From Acidobacteria bacterium RIFCSPLOWO2_02_FULL_67_21 (lineage in GTDB: Bacteria > Acidobacteriota > Vicinamibacteria > Vicinamibacterales > UBA2999): a stretch of DNA of 64,000 nucleotides. The stretch is from contig MEKU01000001.1 in the NCBI GenBank assembly GCA_001767195.1, forward strand, positions 51,705 through 115,704. The letters run 5' to 3'. A program made the translations under genes and the position numbers. Positions 31,661 through 38,969 of this stretch are shown piece after piece. Positions within the stretch are counted from its first letter, which is position 1. Every line of letters starts with the position of its first letter. Under the pieces are notes generated by a model, which was not told where the DNA came from, searched no databases, and saw only the letters and a program-made list of their open reading frames with translations.

Positions 31661-32160
31661 GACTTCTCCCTCAGCCGCTGCTCGACCAGGGGAGGCACCA
31701 GCCCCTGCACCTGCCCGCCAAGATGAAACACTTCCTTGATGAGCCGCGAACTGAGGTAGGTGTACTGCTCTGCCGGCATCATGAAGACGGTCTCGAGCGT
31801 CGGCTCCAGATGCCGGTTCATCAGCGCCATCTGAAACTCGTACTCGAAATCCGACACGGCCCGGAGCCCCCGCACGATGGCGCTGGCGCGCCGCTGGCGC
31901 GCGTACTCCACGAGGAGGCCGTCGAAGGTGTCGACCTCCACATTCGCGTATTCGCGAAACACCTCACGGATGATCCCGACCCGCTCGTCGGCGGTGAAGA
32001 GCGGCGCCTTGTCGACATTGACGAGCACCGCGACGATCACCCGCTCGAAGAGATGCGCGCTGCGCAGAATGATATCGACGTGTCCGTTCGTCAACGGATC
32101 GAATGAGCCCGGAAACACCGCCACGCGGCCGTTCGGCGCGCTCTGAGGCGTCATCGTCAT
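31636..32160 (-). CDS. coaD: pantetheine-phosphate adenylyltransferase
   Basis: 174 aa, VAVFPGSFDPLTNGHVDII (nucleotidyltransferase HxGH-type motif). The C-terminal tail ...SAAAGSRQ is encoded by the heptamer array. Confidence 0.93.
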   Translation of the reverse strand: MTMTPQSAPNGRVAVFPGSFDPLTNGHVDIILRSAHLFERVIVAVLVNVDKAPLFTADERVGIIREVFREYANVEVDTFDGLLVEYARQRRASAIVRGLRAVSDFEYEFQMALMNRHLEPTLETVFMMPAEQYTYLSSRLIKEVFHLGGQVQGLVPPLVEQRLREKSAAAGSRQ

Positions 32161-32759
32161 CTCCCGGCGGACCCGTCGGGATCCGCGGACCCACCCGCGC
32201 CGCCGGAGGATTCGGGCCGGCGCATGAAGAACGTCAGTGTACTGTCGCCGGATGCCACATCCCGGACGCGCTGCAGCAGAGCCGGCGTCGGCGGCTCGCG
32301 CCGGCTGGCGCGCTCGAGGACAAGAAGCCCGCCGGCCGTCATCCGCCGGGCCGCGGCGTCAAGCGCCTGAGTGACCGTGTCGGGATCGGCGTCGTACGGA
32401 GGATCCAGCAGGACGAGATCGTACGCTCGCTCTTCCGGCGTACGCCGCAGCACCTCCGCGACGTCGCCCTGCTCGATAGTATAGCCCTGCCCGACGCCGC
32501 AGAGCGCCAGGTTGGCGGCCACGAGCGTCGTCGCGCGCCGGTCGCGCTCGACGAACGTCACGTGCGCGGCGCCGCGGCTCAACGCCTCGATGCCGACGGC
32601 CCCGGTGCCTGCGTATCCGTCCAGCACGCGCGCGCCCTCCACGCGCGTGGCGACGATATTGAAGAGCGTCTCCCGCAGCTTGTCCGACGTGGGGCGAACG
32701 CCCTCCCATGTCGGCGCCTTGAGACGGCGGCCCTTGAAGCGGCCCGCGATCACGCGCAC
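32157..32759 (-). CDS. rsmD: 16S rRNA (guanine966-N2)-methyltransferase
   Basis: 200 aa with a GTG start. MRVIAGRFKGRRLKAP...VRPTSDKLRETLFNI...VLDGYAGTGAVGIEALSRGA...DPPY. The rsmD-coaD pairing is typical. Confidence 0.9.
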   Translation of the reverse strand: MRVIAGRFKGRRLKAPTWEGVRPTSDKLRETLFNIVATRVEGARVLDGYAGTGAVGIEALSRGAAHVTFVERDRRATTLVAANLALCGVGQGYTIEQGDVAEVLRRTPEERAYDLVLLDPPYDADPDTVTQALDAAARRMTAGGLLVLERASRREPPTPALLQRVRDVASGDSTLTFFMRRPESSGGAGGSADPDGSAGR

Positions 32760-32764
32760 TCACG

Positions 32765-32866
32765 CAACTCCCAATTCCCAAACTTCCAACTCCCAACCGC
32801 GAGCTCGCGACCTTCAACTCCAACCCACGGCCTTGGGGGTTGGCGTCTTGGGAATTGGAAGTTGAT
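32765..32866. repeat. 7-nt-periodic inverted array (word CAACTCC / GGAATTG) with central CGCGAGCTCGCG palindrome
   Basis: Left arm CAACTCC CAATTCC CAAACTTC CAACTCC CAACC. Centre CGCGAGCTCGCG (32798-32809). Right arm ...GGGGGTTG GCGTCTTG GGAATTG GAAGTTG. It fills the recG-rsmD gap. Confidence 0.85.
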
Positions 32867-32868
32867 TC

Positions 32869-34953
32869 CTACCCCACTTCGATCAGCCCGAACTGCGGCT
32901 CCCAGCGCTGCTGCACGAACTCGAGCAGCTCGCCCGTGAGCCCGCCGTCGGCGACCAGCCGGCGCGCCTCGCGATGCGCGTCTTCCATGACCTCGCGATC
33001 GCGGACGAGATCGCCCGTCCGCAGGCGCGGCAGCCCTGACTGCCGCGTGCCGAAAACGTCTCCGGGGCCGCGCAGCTCGAGGTCCTTCTCCGCGATGACA
33101 AAGCCGTCGCTCGTGGCCGCCAGCGCCTTCAGCCGCTCGCGGGCGTCATCGGTCCAGGGCGATTGATACAGCAGGACGCAGTGCGATTCCCACGGCCCGC
33201 GGCCAACCCGGCCGCGCAGCTGATGCAGCTGCGACAGCCCGAAGCGCTCGGCATGCTCGACCACCATGATGGAGGCGTTCGGGACGTCGACGCCGACCTC
33301 GACGACGGTGGTCGACACGAGGATGTGCACCTGGCCGCCGGCAAACGCGCTCATGACGCGCTCCTTGGCGTCCGGCTTCATCCGCCCGTGCAGCAGCGCG
33401 ACGCGGTATGCCGGGAACACCTCGGCCTGCAGATGGTCCGCCATTTCGGTCGCGGACTTGAGGTCGATCTTCTCCGAATCCTCCACGAGCGGGTAGATGA
33501 TGTAGGCCTGCCGGCCGCGATCGAGCTCATCGCGCAGCAGCTGATAGATCTCGTCGCGCCGGGACTCGGGCTTGACCCAGGTCCGGACCGGCGTCCGACC
33601 GGGCGGCAGGTCCGTAATCTTCGAGACGTCGAGCTCGCTGTAGTCGGTGAGCGCCAGCGTGCGGGGGATCGGCGTCGCGGTCATCAGGAGCACGTCGGGG
33701 TGCAGCCCCTTCGCCCTCAGCGCCGCCCGCTGCTCCACCCCGAAGCGGTGCTGCTCGTCGATGACGACGAGTCCGAGCCGGTGAAAACGGACGTTCTCCT
33801 GGACCAGCGCATGCGTGCCGACCACGAAGTTCGTGGTGCCGCGCTCGACGTGCGCGTGGAGCGTGTGCTTCTCGAGACCGGGGGTGCTCCCGGTGAGCAG
33901 GTCGACGCGAAACCGCGACGCCGCGAGGAGGCCGGCGATCGTCCGGTAGTGCTGCGCCGCGAGGATCTCGGTCGGGGCCATGAAGGCGACCTGCAGCCCG
34001 TTCTCCATCGCCACGAGTGCCGCCAGCAGCGCCACAATCGTCTTGCCCGCACCCACGTCCCCCTGCAGCAGCCGGTTCATCGGCTGCGGCCGCTGCATGT
34101 CCTCCACGATCTCTTTGACCGCCTGCCGCTGCCCCGGCGTCAGTTTGAACGGAAGGATCCGTGCCGCCGCCGCGCGGATGCGGTCATCGACCTTCGGCAC
34201 GTGCGGCTTGATTTCCGTGAGGGCCGCGTGCCGCCGCCACGCGTGGCCGATCTGAAAGAGGAAGAACTCCTCGAAGATCAGGCGCCGCTGCGCGGGCGTG
34301 CGAAATGCGTTCAGCTCCTCGATCGATGCGTCGTTCGGCGGGAAGTGGGAGGCCTCGATCGCCGCCCGCCTCGGCTCGACGTGCAGCCGCGTGCGGAGGG
34401 CGTCCGGCAGAATCTCCGGGAGCGCGGCCGGCAGCGCGTCCAGGGCATGCCGGACCAGCCGGCGCTGCATGTTGGGCGTGACGGTGCCGGTCTTCTCGTA
34501 GAACGGCACGATCCGGCCCGTGTGGACGCCCAGCGCGTCCTCGACGACGAGCTCGTATTCGGGATTGAGGAAATGCAGCCCGCTCGAATCGAGCTTGACG
34601 TCGCCGAAGATCACCACCGCCGCGTGCGGCTGGAGGACGTCGGCCAGGAACGGCTGGTTCATCCAGGTGCACCGGATCGCGCCGCTCGTGTCGCTGACGA
34701 TCGCATTGAAGATCTTGAACCCGCGCCGCCGCGTGATCGCCAGCCGTGCGCTCTTGATCTCGCCGAGCACCGCCGCACGCATGTCGGGCCGCAGCGACGC
34801 GATCGGCTGCATGTGGCTGCGATCCTCGTAGCGGAAGGGAAACCGGTAGAGCAGGTCCTCGACGGTGACCAGCCCGGCGCGCTTGAGGTCGGCCGCCTTG
34901 CGCGGGCCGACGCCCTTCAGATACTGGAGAGGAGTGGAGAGATCAATGCCCAA
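32869..34953 (-). CDS. recG: ATP-dependent DNA helicase RecG
   Basis: 694 aa with an N-terminal LKGVGPRKAADLKRAGLVTVEDLLYRFPFRYEDRS wedge region, helicase motifs (GDVGAGKT, DEQH) and a TRG region. The first in-frame start is a TTG inside the upstream repeat. Confidence 0.95.
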   Translation of the reverse strand: MGIDLSTPLQYLKGVGPRKAADLKRAGLVTVEDLLYRFPFRYEDRSHMQPIASLRPDMRAAVLGEIKSARLAITRRRGFKIFNAIVSDTSGAIRCTWMNQPFLADVLQPHAAVVIFGDVKLDSSGLHFLNPEYELVVEDALGVHTGRIVPFYEKTGTVTPNMQRRLVRHALDALPAALPEILPDALRTRLHVEPRRAAIEASHFPPNDASIEELNAFRTPAQRRLIFEEFFLFQIGHAWRRHAALTEIKPHVPKVDDRIRAAAARILPFKLTPGQRQAVKEIVEDMQRPQPMNRLLQGDVGAGKTIVALLAALVAMENGLQVAFMAPTEILAAQHYRTIAGLLAASRFRVDLLTGSTPGLEKHTLHAHVERGTTNFVVGTHALVQENVRFHRLGLVVIDEQHRFGVEQRAALRAKGLHPDVLLMTATPIPRTLALTDYSELDVSKITDLPPGRTPVRTWVKPESRRDEIYQLLRDELDRGRQAYIIYPLVEDSEKIDLKSATEMADHLQAEVFPAYRVALLHGRMKPDAKERVMSAFAGGQVHILVSTTVVEVGVDVPNASIMVVEHAERFGLSQLHQLRGRVGRGPWESHCVLLYQSPWTDDARERLKALAATSDGFVIAEKDLELRGPGDVFGTRQSGLPRLRTGDLVRDREVMEDAHREARRLVADGGLTGELLEFVQQRWEPQFGLIEVG

Positions 34954-35048
34954 TGCTCAATGCCCAATGCATAACCGGCGTGCGCGAGCCGTTCACATTG
35001 TGCATTAGGCATTGAGCCTTCGGCATTGGGCATTGGGCATTGGGCATT
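34943..35048. repeat. 7-nt-periodic inverted array (word CCCAATG / CATTGGG)
   Basis: Left arm TCAATGC CCAATGC TCAATGC CCAATGC. Right arm CATTGTG CATTAGG CATTGAG CCTTCGG CATTGGG CATTGGG CATTGGG. Same word as 22494-22584. It covers the recG start codon. Confidence 0.85.
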
Positions 35049-35051
35049 TCC

Positions 35052-35654
35052 CTATTGAACGACCACCGCCTGCCCCGGTCCGACCTCGATCTGCAGGATG
35101 TTCGCGGGCAGCGGAAAGGTCTCGTCGATCCGCAGGCCCTGCGGCCGCTCCGGCGACCGGGAGTAGTAGCTCACGAGCTCCTGAAGCATCGAGGAGGGCA
35201 CCGGCAGACCCGCAATTTCGGCCGACTGCGCCTCGAACCGTCCTTTGCCGTCGCGGGTGTGCAGCACGCCGGTGACCGTTACCGGCACGCGGCCGCCCAC
35301 GAGGCTCCATGGGTCGAACGTGCCGCCCGAGGCCCGTTTCTTCGCAATCGCGTCGAGGTCGACCACGGCCTGCCCGGAGACTTTGCCCTGCCCGACGATG
35401 GTCACCTGCGGCTGGGTCACGCCGTTCGGCAGCAGCGGCGCCGCCTGGTAGGCAAACCAGGAGTTCAATTCGTCCTGCGTGAGCGGCGTCCGGCGGGCAC
35501 CGACCCGCTCGCTCGTCTGCGCCTGCTGGCGGATCAGTGTGACCTTCTGGGAAAAGGTCTCGGCGCTCTGGCGCGATACCGTGGCGGCCTGGAGCGAGGC
35601 CAGCGCGAGCAGCGGCAGTGTCAACACGGCGAGCCGGCGAATAGAATAGTGCAT
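35052..35654 (-). CDS. hypothetical secreted protein
   Basis: The internal ATG at 35654 gives MHYSIRRLAVLTLPLLALASLQA (signal peptide). Codon usage looks coding. No family recognised. Confidence 0.5.
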   Translation of the reverse strand: MHYSIRRLAVLTLPLLALASLQAATVSRQSAETFSQKVTLIRQQAQTSERVGARRTPLTQDELNSWFAYQAAPLLPNGVTQPQVTIVGQGKVSGQAVVDLDAIAKKRASGGTFDPWSLVGGRVPVTVTGVLHTRDGKGRFEAQSAEIAGLPVPSSMLQELVSYYSRSPERPQGLRIDETFPLPANILQIEVGPGQAVVVQ

Positions 35655-35730
35655 GGCAGCCTCGCGGGACGTTTTCGAGTGTAGCACCGGAGCAATCGGC
35701 GGGCCGGGCAGGAATGCCCCACCGGGTGCC

Positions 35731-35759
35731 TTGATCTTCGCCTTTCATTCGCGTATAGT
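35731..35759 (+). promoter_or_regulatory. candidate sigma70-type promoter upstream of lexA
   Basis: TTGATC (35731-35736), exactly 17 nt, then TATAGT (35754-35759). It lies about 100 nt upstream of the lexA ATG. Confidence 0.45.
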
Positions 35760-35858
35760 CGGCCCACCTCTGCCGGGTAAACAGTGTGGCGCGTCACCGA
35801 CCGGCGCCCGCACGAATTCATCGGGCCGCGACAACAGAAGGCGAAGGCCGTGGCCCGG

Positions 35859-36476
35859 ATGGAGGAAGACGTGCTTCCGCTCACCAAACGTCAGCGCGAG
35901 ATCCTGGATTACCTCAACGAGTTCATCCAGCAGCACGGCTACGCGCCCAGCCTCGAGGAGATCGGACGGCGTTTCAGCCTCTCCTCGCTGGCCACCGTGC
36001 ACAAGCACCTGACCAACCTGCAGGAGAAGGGGTTCATCCGCCGCGCCTGGAACCGCAGCCGCTCCGTCGAGCTGGTGCCGGCGCGCATGGGCAGCCGGGC
36101 CGTCGAGCTGCCGCTGCTCGGGTTCGTGGCCGCCGGCGCGCCGATCGAGGCCGTGGCGGGCAACGAGACGATTGCCGTCCCCGAGGGGCTCGCGGGCAAG
36201 CGCGACAGTTACGTGCTGCGCGTCAAGGGCGACTCGATGATCGACGAGCAGATCCGCGACGGCGATTACGTGATTGTCGAGGATCGCAAGTCGGCCGACA
36301 ACGGCGAGATGGTCATCGCACTGGTCGGCGGGCTCGATGTGACGCTCAAGAAGTTCTACCGCGAGAACGGTCGCGTTCGCCTGCAGCCGGCCAACCCCGC
36401 CATGCAGCCGATCCTGCTCGAGGCCGACCGCGTGCAGGTCCAGGGCGTCGTCGTCGGCGTCATGCGCAAGTATTAG
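35859..36476 (+). CDS. lexA: LexA repressor
   Basis: ATG at 35859 gives MEEDVLPLTKRQREILDYLNEFIQQHGYAPSLEEIG (winged HTH). The AAG cleavage region, the GDSM serine and the LKKF lysine of the S24 peptidase are all present. Confidence 0.93.
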   Translation: MEEDVLPLTKRQREILDYLNEFIQQHGYAPSLEEIGRRFSLSSLATVHKHLTNLQEKGFIRRAWNRSRSVELVPARMGSRAVELPLLGFVAAGAPIEAVAGNETIAVPEGLAGKRDSYVLRVKGDSMIDEQIRDGDYVIVEDRKSADNGEMVIALVGGLDVTLKKFYRENGRVRLQPANPAMQPILLEADRVQVQGVVVGVMRKY

Positions 36477-36477
36477 G

Positions 36478-36556
36478 CAAGTCGAAAGTACAAACTCGGG
36501 AGTAAGAGGTAAGTTGCGAACTTACTTGATACTTTCAACTTTGTACTTTCTACTTG
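36478..36556. repeat. AT-rich 7-nt-periodic inverted array (word xxxAGTA / TACxxxx)
   Basis: Left arm GAAAGTA CAAACTC GGGAGTA AGAGGTA AGTTGCG. Right arm AACTTAC TTGATAC TTTCAAC TTTGTAC TTTCTAC. Central hairpin GTAAGTT-GCG-AACTTAC. It lies between the lexA stop and the DUF3467 start. Confidence 0.8.
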
Positions 36557-36560
36557 GTCC

Positions 36561-36884
36561 ATGACCGACCAGCCCGAACGCAAGCAGATCAACTTCACGA
36601 TCATCCCCGACGAGCAGACCGGCGAGCCGCGGATCTACGCCAACTTCTGCTCGATCTCGCACACGCCGTTCGACTTCACCCTGACCTTCTGCGAGGTCAT
36701 GCCGCTCTCGGAGAAGGAGCTGCACGAGGCCGAGAACCAGCACGTCGTCCGCGCGCCCGTCCGCGCGCGCATCGTGGTGCCGGTGCAGTTCGTCCCCAAC
36801 CTCGTCGCCGCCCTGCAGGAGCACATGCGGGTGTTCTCCGACTCCTATTCGAACGTGGGATGGCAGAAGGACCCGGTACACTGA
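36561..36884 (+). CDS. DUF3467-family protein
   Basis: 107 aa, ...YANFCSISHTPFDFTLTFCEV... resembles DUF3467 proteins. It overlaps the nth start by 25 nt. Confidence 0.7.
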   Translation: MTDQPERKQINFTIIPDEQTGEPRIYANFCSISHTPFDFTLTFCEVMPLSEKELHEAENQHVVRAPVRARIVVPVQFVPNLVAALQEHMRVFSDSYSNVGWQKDPVH

Positions 36885-37615
36885 AGACGGCCGCCGACAC
36901 GCGCCGCATCATCCGCTCCCTGGCCCGGCAGCACCCGAACGCCGACACGGAGCTGCACTCCCGCAACGCGTTCGAGCTCCTGGTGGCCACCATCCTGTCC
37001 GCCCAGTCGACCGACGAGCGCGTGAACATGGTGACGCCGGCGCTCTTCGCCCGCTATCCCGACGCTGCCGCGCTCGCGCGCGCCTCGACCGGCGAGCTCG
37101 AGCCGCTCATCCTCTCGACCGGATTTTTCAGACAGAAATCGAAGGCGCTGCTCGGCATGGCCCGGCAGCTGGTCGACCGCCACGGAGGGACGGTCCCCGC
37201 CGACATGGCGCTGCTGACCGAGCTTCCCGGTGTCGGGCGGAAGACGGCCAACGTGGTGCTCGGCCATGCGCTCGGCGTGCCCGGCCTCCCCGTGGACCGC
37301 CATGTGCTCCGCGTCTCCAACCGCATCGGCATCGCGAAGGGCGACGACCCCGAGCGGGTGGAACGGCAACTGTGCGCCGCGCTGCCCGCATCGATGTGGA
37401 CGCGCGCCTCGGACGTCCAGATCCTCCACGGCCGGCGCATCTGCCGCCCGAAGCCTCTCTGCGATCGGTGCTCGGTGCGGACGGACTGTGAGTACTATCG
37501 CGAGGTGATCACAACGGGCCGACCTGAAGGTCGGCCCCTACGTTCCAAGAAGGGGACAGCGGGCCGACCTGAAGGTCGGCCTCTACGTTCGAAGAAGAGG
37601 ATTGCAGGGCGGTGA
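36860..37615 (+). CDS. nth: endonuclease III (DNA glycosylase/AP lyase) with repeat-encoded C-terminal extension
   Basis: ATG at 36860 in the frame of ORF 36554..37615. HhH-GPD motifs (LVATILSAQSTDERVN, LPGVGRKTANVVL, VDRHV) and a 4Fe-4S cluster C-X6-C-X2-C-X5-C (CRPKPLCDRCSVRTDC). The last ~30 aa, GRPEGRPLRSKK x2, come from REP units. Confidence 0.92.
   Translation: MAEGPGTLKTAADTRRIIRSLARQHPNADTELHSRNAFELLVATILSAQSTDERVNMVTPALFARYPDAAALARASTGELEPLILSTGFFRQKSKALLGMARQLVDRHGGTVPADMALLTELPGVGRKTANVVLGHALGVPGLPVDRHVLRVSNRIGIAKGDDPERVERQLCAALPASMWTRASDVQILHGRRICRPKPLCDRCSVRTDCEYYREVITTGRPEGRPLRSKKGTAGRPEGRPLRSKKRIAGR
37516..37601. repeat. REP-like element, two direct 45-bp units
   Basis: GGGCCGACC-TGAA-GGTCGGCC-CCTACGTTCCAAGAAGGGGA at 37516 and GGGCCGACC-TGAA-GGTCGGCC-TCTACGTTCGAAGAAGAGGA at 37561. 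Same family as 1243-1336. It lies inside the 3' end of the nth ORF. Confidence 0.85.
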
Positions 37616-38019
37616 CCCGCGCCGAGTTCGAACGCCTCGTGCGTGAGGCGGTCACGCTCATTCCGCCCCGCTTCCGCCGGGAGATGAAGAACCTCGCACT
37701 CGTGGTTGAGGCCGAGCCGTCCGCAGAGCTGCTCGAGGAGATGGGCGTCGAGCCGCCCGACAGCCTCTACGGCCTGTACCAGGGCACGCCGCTCCCCGAG
37801 CGCACCTGGGACTTCGGGAACAACCTGCCGGACCGGATCACGATCTTCCAGCGGCCAATCGAAGAGGATTGCGAGGACGCCGACGAGATTCGCGGCGTAA
37901 TTGGCGAGACGCTGATTCACGAAGTCGGGCACTACTTCGGGCTCAGCGAGGAGGAAATCGAGGAGATCGAAGAACGCTACTGGAGAGGCGACGCCGGCGA
38001 TCCCGATGCCCACGAGTGA
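37612..38019 (+). CDS. zincin-like metallopeptidase family protein (Zincin_1/DUF1025-like)
   Basis: 135 aa with a GTG start overlapping the nth stop (GTGA). It has a HEVGH zinc motif (ETLIHEVGHYFGLSEEEIEEIE). Confidence 0.78.
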   Translation: MTRAEFERLVREAVTLIPPRFRREMKNLALVVEAEPSAELLEEMGVEPPDSLYGLYQGTPLPERTWDFGNNLPDRITIFQRPIEEDCEDADEIRGVIGETLIHEVGHYFGLSEEEIEEIEERYWRGDAGDPDAHE

Positions 38020-38818
38020 CCGATCGTTTCCGCGGGCGCGCAAGCGCTTCGGCCAGCACTACCTGGAGGCCCCCTGGGTGGCGCGGCTGCTCGAGGTGCT
38101 TCAGCCCGCACCCGACGATGTGTTCATCGAGATTGGGCCTGGCCGGGGGGCGCTCACGCGTGCGCTCGCGCCTCTCGTGCGGGAGCTCATCGCAGTGGAG
38201 ATCGACCGCGACCTGACGACGGCGCTTGCGGGCCGTCTGCCGCCCCACGTCAGGCTGATCGAGGGCGACATCCTGGCGATCGCCTTCGACGATCTCACCA
38301 GGCACCATTCTGCGCCGCTGCGCGTCGTCGGCAACCTTCCCTACAACATCTCCTCCCCCATTCTCTTCAGGCTGCTCGAGGCGGCCGACGAAGGGCGCCG
38401 GCTCCGCGATGCAACCGTCATGCTTCAAAAGGAGGTGGCGGACCGGCTCGTCGCCCGTCCCGGCACCCGGGCGTACGGCACGCTGGCGGTGCAGACCCAG
38501 CTGCTGGCCGACGCCGAGCGGCTGCTGACGCTTCCGCCCGGGGCGTTCCGTCCGCCGCCAAAGGTCACCTCCTCGGTCGTTCGCCTGAAATTCCGTCCGC
38601 CGGCTGCCGATGTGGGCAGCCACCAGGCGTTCGAGCGGCTGGTTCGCGGGATGTTCCTGCACCGCCGCAAGACGGTGCTGAATGCGCTCCGGCCGCTCTC
38701 GGCCGCCTTCGGCGTTCCGGTCGGCCAAGTCCTTGAAACGGCGCACATTGCCTCGTCCCGACGCCCGGAGACCCTCACCGTGGAGGAGATAGCCCGGCTC
38801 TCGCGAGCTGTGCTATAG
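38006..38818 (+). CDS. rsmA: 16S rRNA (adenine1518/1519-N6)-dimethyltransferase
   Basis: 270 aa. RKRFGQHYL, EIGPGRGALT (SAM motif) and VVGNLPYNISSPILF are KsgA hallmarks. Confidence 0.93.
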   Translation: MPTSDRSFPRARKRFGQHYLEAPWVARLLEVLQPAPDDVFIEIGPGRGALTRALAPLVRELIAVEIDRDLTTALAGRLPPHVRLIEGDILAIAFDDLTRHHSAPLRVVGNLPYNISSPILFRLLEAADEGRRLRDATVMLQKEVADRLVARPGTRAYGTLAVQTQLLADAERLLTLPPGAFRPPPKVTSSVVRLKFRPPAADVGSHQAFERLVRGMFLHRRKTVLNALRPLSAAFGVPVGQVLETAHIASSRRPETLTVEEIARLSRAVL

Positions 38819-38969
38819 TTTGCCCGGAAGTTGTTGAGCCTGCCCGGTTTGTCAGGCGTTTCCAGCCGCCTGAAACCGATCCGCAGATAGCGGATCGGCC
38901 CGCCGCGTCGTTCGTTCGCCCGGATGAACGGCACGGATCGTACGCGTACGTGTCTGCGTTGGGCTCCAC

